A stretch of 64,000 bases of DNA from Phoronis australis (taxonomy: Eukaryota > Animalia > Phoronida). Under the pieces are notes generated by a model, which was not told the DNA's origin, made no database searches, and was given only the letters and a program-made list of their open reading frames with translations. A program made the translations under genes and the position numbers. Below are positions 61,687-64,000 of this stretch, piece after piece (position 1 is the first letter of the stretch; the number at the start of each line of letters is the position of its first letter). The stretch covers positions 119,380 through 183,379 of the forward strand of contig NMRA01000709.1 of NCBI GenBank assembly GCA_002633005.1, given 5' to 3'.

Positions 61687-61750
61687 TTGCATTTGATTGG
61701 TTTGTCCTTAGGTACTCGTTGCATTTGATTGGTTTTTCCTTAGGTACTCG
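61687..61750 (+). repeat. 32-bp tandem duplication spanning the exon F splice acceptor
   Basis: TTGCATTTGATTGGTTT(G/T)TCCTTAGGTACTCG twice, one mismatch. Confidence 0.97.
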
Positions 61751-61942
61751 TCTGGGCGAGATGACTACTCCCATCGCCCCCCTCCACCAGCTCCTACCGT
61801 CCGTGATGAGCCCAAAGCTGAGGTAGTCGATGTCAACACTCTGTTGTGCAAACCTGGCCGCGACAAACGACCTCGCAACTTTGTCATCATTCTGAGGGGC
61901 CCGCCAGGGGCTGGCAAGAGCTATGTAGCAAAACTAATCAAG
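61744..61942 (+). CDS. YLPM1: YLPM1-like exon F, start of the P-loop kinase-like domain
   Basis: YSSGRDDY...LLCKPGRDKRPRNFVIILRGPPGAGKSYVAKLIK, matching my recollection of YLPM1 PGR..RP..IVVIMRGLPGSGKTHVAKLI; TCCTTAG acceptor, AAG|GTTTGT donor; phase 2 in. Confidence 0.92.
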
Positions 61943-61998
61943 GTTTGTCACCTAAGAGGGAACATTCTGCTGAGTAATCCACAAATTGAATGTTTTAA

Positions 61999-62026
61999 AG
62001 GAGCATGCCACCCAAAAAATAACCTA
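61999..62026. mobile_element. Terminus of a second Kolobok-like copy, interrupted by the LTR element
   Basis: TTAA|AGGAGCATGCCACCCAAAAAATAACCTA matches the reverse complement of 18786-18817 with 2 mismatches; homology stops exactly at TGTCAGA. Confidence 0.75.
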
Positions 62027-62810
62027 TGTCAGAATATAGTCTGACAGTATTTTTAGTTTGTTTTGTTTTGTTATTCTGTTTGATTGGCATGACCCCTGAG
62101 TTAAGTACAATGATGATGTAATTTGTTTACTACAGAATAGTATGGAACTTTCTAGAAGACTGAGGTCAGAACAGTGATGATGTAATTTGTTTACTACAGT
62201 ATAGTGTGGAACTTTCTAGAAGACTGTAGCATGACAGTGATTGATGAAGTCTGGAATATTCTAGAGACTAGTACATGTTTGTAGAAAGATTGGGTAGGTT
62301 CCAGAAAGTTCTGGTATGTGCTTGAATTGATGAAAAGTTCCAGAACAATGCATTAGGCTATAAATACACAAGCACGGGTTTGTGTTAGTCAGATTAGATC
62401 GAGTTGAGTTAAAGATCAAGTGAGTTGAGTTCAAGAGAAGATCAAGTCGGGAGATCAAGTAAGTTCAAGAAAGTTTATCAGGAGAACTACAGTTGAGTTG
62501 CAGTGAACAGAATCAGCAGTTACAGCGATAGTCAATAGAGAGCCAGCTATAGAGACAGCAGGTTATTGAATTGAGTGTAACAGTTGCTGGAAGTATCTCA
62601 GAAGTTCAATACAAGTCAAGGCTTCGCAGCACTGGCTGGAGCATAAACAGACATTACGTCGGACGTTTTGTTTGAGTAGGCTTGTGAACGTACGGTCGGG
62701 ATTAATAAAGGATTAACTCGAACCAGACTTCAGTCAATCTTCACACCGAAAGCTATTAGCACCGGTCTGTAACAACCTGCGCCCACCCACACACGGGGAA
62801 AAACGTGACA
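62027..62810 (+). mobile_element. 5' LTR of a Gypsy retrotransposon (784 bp)
   Basis: TGTCA...TGACA; internal 64-bp tandem repeat (62107, 62171), TATAAATA 62359, AATAAA ~62704; followed by PBS and gag. Confidence 0.85.
62144..62366 (+). promoter_or_regulatory. Heat-shock-element cluster plus TATA box in LTR U3
   Basis: Perfect three-pentamer HSEs at 62144-62158, 62208-62222 and 62298-62312; CTGGAATATTCTAG at 62251-62264; partial site 62332-62346; TATAAATA 62359-62366. Confidence 0.7.
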
Positions 62811-62812
62811 AT

Positions 62813-62830
62813 TGGCGAGCACGCCAGGAG
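62813..62830 (+). other. Primer-binding site, tRNA-Arg-like
   Basis: TGGCGAGCACGCCAGGAG 2 nt after the LTR; close to the complement of the tRNA-Arg(ACG) 3' end (TGGCGAGCCAGCCAGGAG in vertebrates). Confidence 0.8.
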
Positions 62831-62885
62831 CTTACTGACGGTAACAAGGTGTGATAAAGTGGACTGTTGGAATTAGCGACTCACT

Positions 62886-64000
62886 ATGGAGACAAGATCT
62901 CAACTAAGAGAGTTGATGGCCCTCGGACAAGAAATGGGTCTGCAGGGAGACAATCTCAGACAGTTTGTTGAAAAACAACAAGCTGAAGCTCGTGAAACTG
63001 AGGAGAGAAAGCAAGCTCGTGAGACTGAAGAGAGAAGGCAAGCGCGAGAGGCTGAGGCTGAGGAGAGGAGGCAAGCCCGCGAAACCGAACAGCAGATGGA
63101 GAGAGAAAGAATGGAACACGAGAGGGCGCTGGCAGCACTGAAAGCTGAACAGGTTGCAGCAGAGGGTAGCCATGTTAGATCAACTGGTGGTGTAAAGCCA
63201 AAGCTACCTAAGTTTGACGAAAAGCAGGACGGTATGGACAACTTCCTGGAAAGGTTTGAAAGATACGCAGAGAGTCGGGGTTGGACACAGAGTGAATGGG
63301 CTATTAGTCTCAGTCCCCTGTTAACAGGTAAGGGCCTGCAGGTTTATACTAGCCTTCCTATGGCTGATGCACTAGACTATGCTACACTCAAAAGAGCCTT
63401 GTTAAAGCGCTATGAGCTGACCGAGGAGGGCTTTCGCAGACAGTTCCGGGAAGCGAGGGCTGAAAGGGGTAAGACGGCTTATCAGTTTGTTGCCCGCATA
63501 CAGCGCTACCTGGACAGGTGGATCGACATGTCCGACTGTGGCAAAGACTTTGCTGAGTTGAGGGACTTGTTAGTGTGTGAGCAGTACGTTAACACCTGTA
63601 CTAAAGACTTGGCCGTGTTCCTGAGAGAGCGAACACCCAAGACTGTTCCAGAGATGGTGGGCTTAGCAGAGAGGTATATTGAGGCCCATGGAGTGGATAT
63701 AACGAGCACTCAGTCAAAGAAATCCCAAGAACGACCAGTCAAGACAGACAACCAGAGAGTCGATCAGAAGAAAAATGACCTCGCAGAGGAAACTAAAAGG
63801 TGTTTCTTCTGTCACAAAGCTGGACACCTGGCTAGAGACTGTCGGAAGCGGACACAAGGGATGCAATACCAAAAGTCAGCAGCGGTCAACCACCGAGGTT
63901 CCCAGAGCAAAGAGGATTCGGTGAAGCGTGCTAATCCTGAACGCGCCTTCAAAGGAATGCTGCGTCTGAAGGAGGGGTATGTTGGCACGAAGAAGGTCTC
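62886..64000 (+). CDS. Gypsy gag(-pol) polyprotein, open to the window edge (coiled coil, SCAN-like capsid, CCHC knuckle)
   Basis: Uninterrupted frame METRSQLRELMALG...KLPKFDE...FLERFERYA...LLTGKGL...LLKRYELTEEGFRRQFR...EQYVN...FLRERTPKT...CFFCHKAGHLARDC...EGYVGTKKV; absent from the ORF track because no stop occurs in the window. Confidence 0.93.
   Translation, partial: METRSQLRELMALGQEMGLQGDNLRQFVEKQQAEARETEERKQARETEERRQAREAEAEERRQARETEQQMERERMEHERALAALKAEQVAAEGSHVRSTGGVKPKLPKFDEKQDGMDNFLERFERYAESRGWTQSEWAISLSPLLTGKGLQVYTSLPMADALDYATLKRALLKRYELTEEGFRRQFREARAERGKTAYQFVARIQRYLDRWIDMSDCGKDFAELRDLLVCEQYVNTCTKDLAVFLRERTPKTVPEMVGLAERYIEAHGVDITSTQSKKSQERPVKTDNQRVDQKKNDLAEETKRCFFCHKAGHLARDCRKRTQGMQYQKSAAVNHRGSQSKEDSVKRANPERAFKGMLRLKEGYVGTKKV

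Noticed and set aside
62225-62810. LTR start at TGTAGC (62225)
   Set aside because: TGTCA at 62027 mirrors the TGACA end and coincides with the break in Kolobok-end homology.
62900-63709. Minus-strand ORFs in the ORF track
   Set aside because: Antisense shadows of the gag frame.

Overview
Animal (probably invertebrate) genomic DNA, AT-rich, with one assembly gap. The window lies inside a single + strand gene, a YLPM1/ZAP3-like protein. Six phase-consistent coding exons (957 nt, 319 aa; Pro/Arg-Asp-rich region leading into a P-loop GPPGAGKS) are separated by introns of up to 14 kb packed with nested transposable elements. These include a five-level nest (L1/Tx1 LINE > ISL2EU-like > Tc1/mariner-like MITE > AcademX > hAT-like), a 9.5-kb foldback-like element, Kolobok-, piggyBac- and CACTA-like elements, hAT-like families with 8-, 6- and 5-bp TSDs, Penelope fragments, a solo LTR and the 5' end of a Gypsy element with an intact gag. 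The most interesting signals are: (i) DINE-1/Helentron-like elements whose satellite core carries co-oriented CTCF-consensus motifs every 142-162 bp; (ii) two different LTRs loaded with perfect heat-shock elements, one with a cluster directly upstream of a TATA box; (iii) a 32-bp tandem duplication of the 3' splice site of the P-loop exon; (iv) a Penelope insertion with an internal inversion and a variant hammerhead ribozyme. Family assignments rest on motif recognition by eye; no database searches were run.
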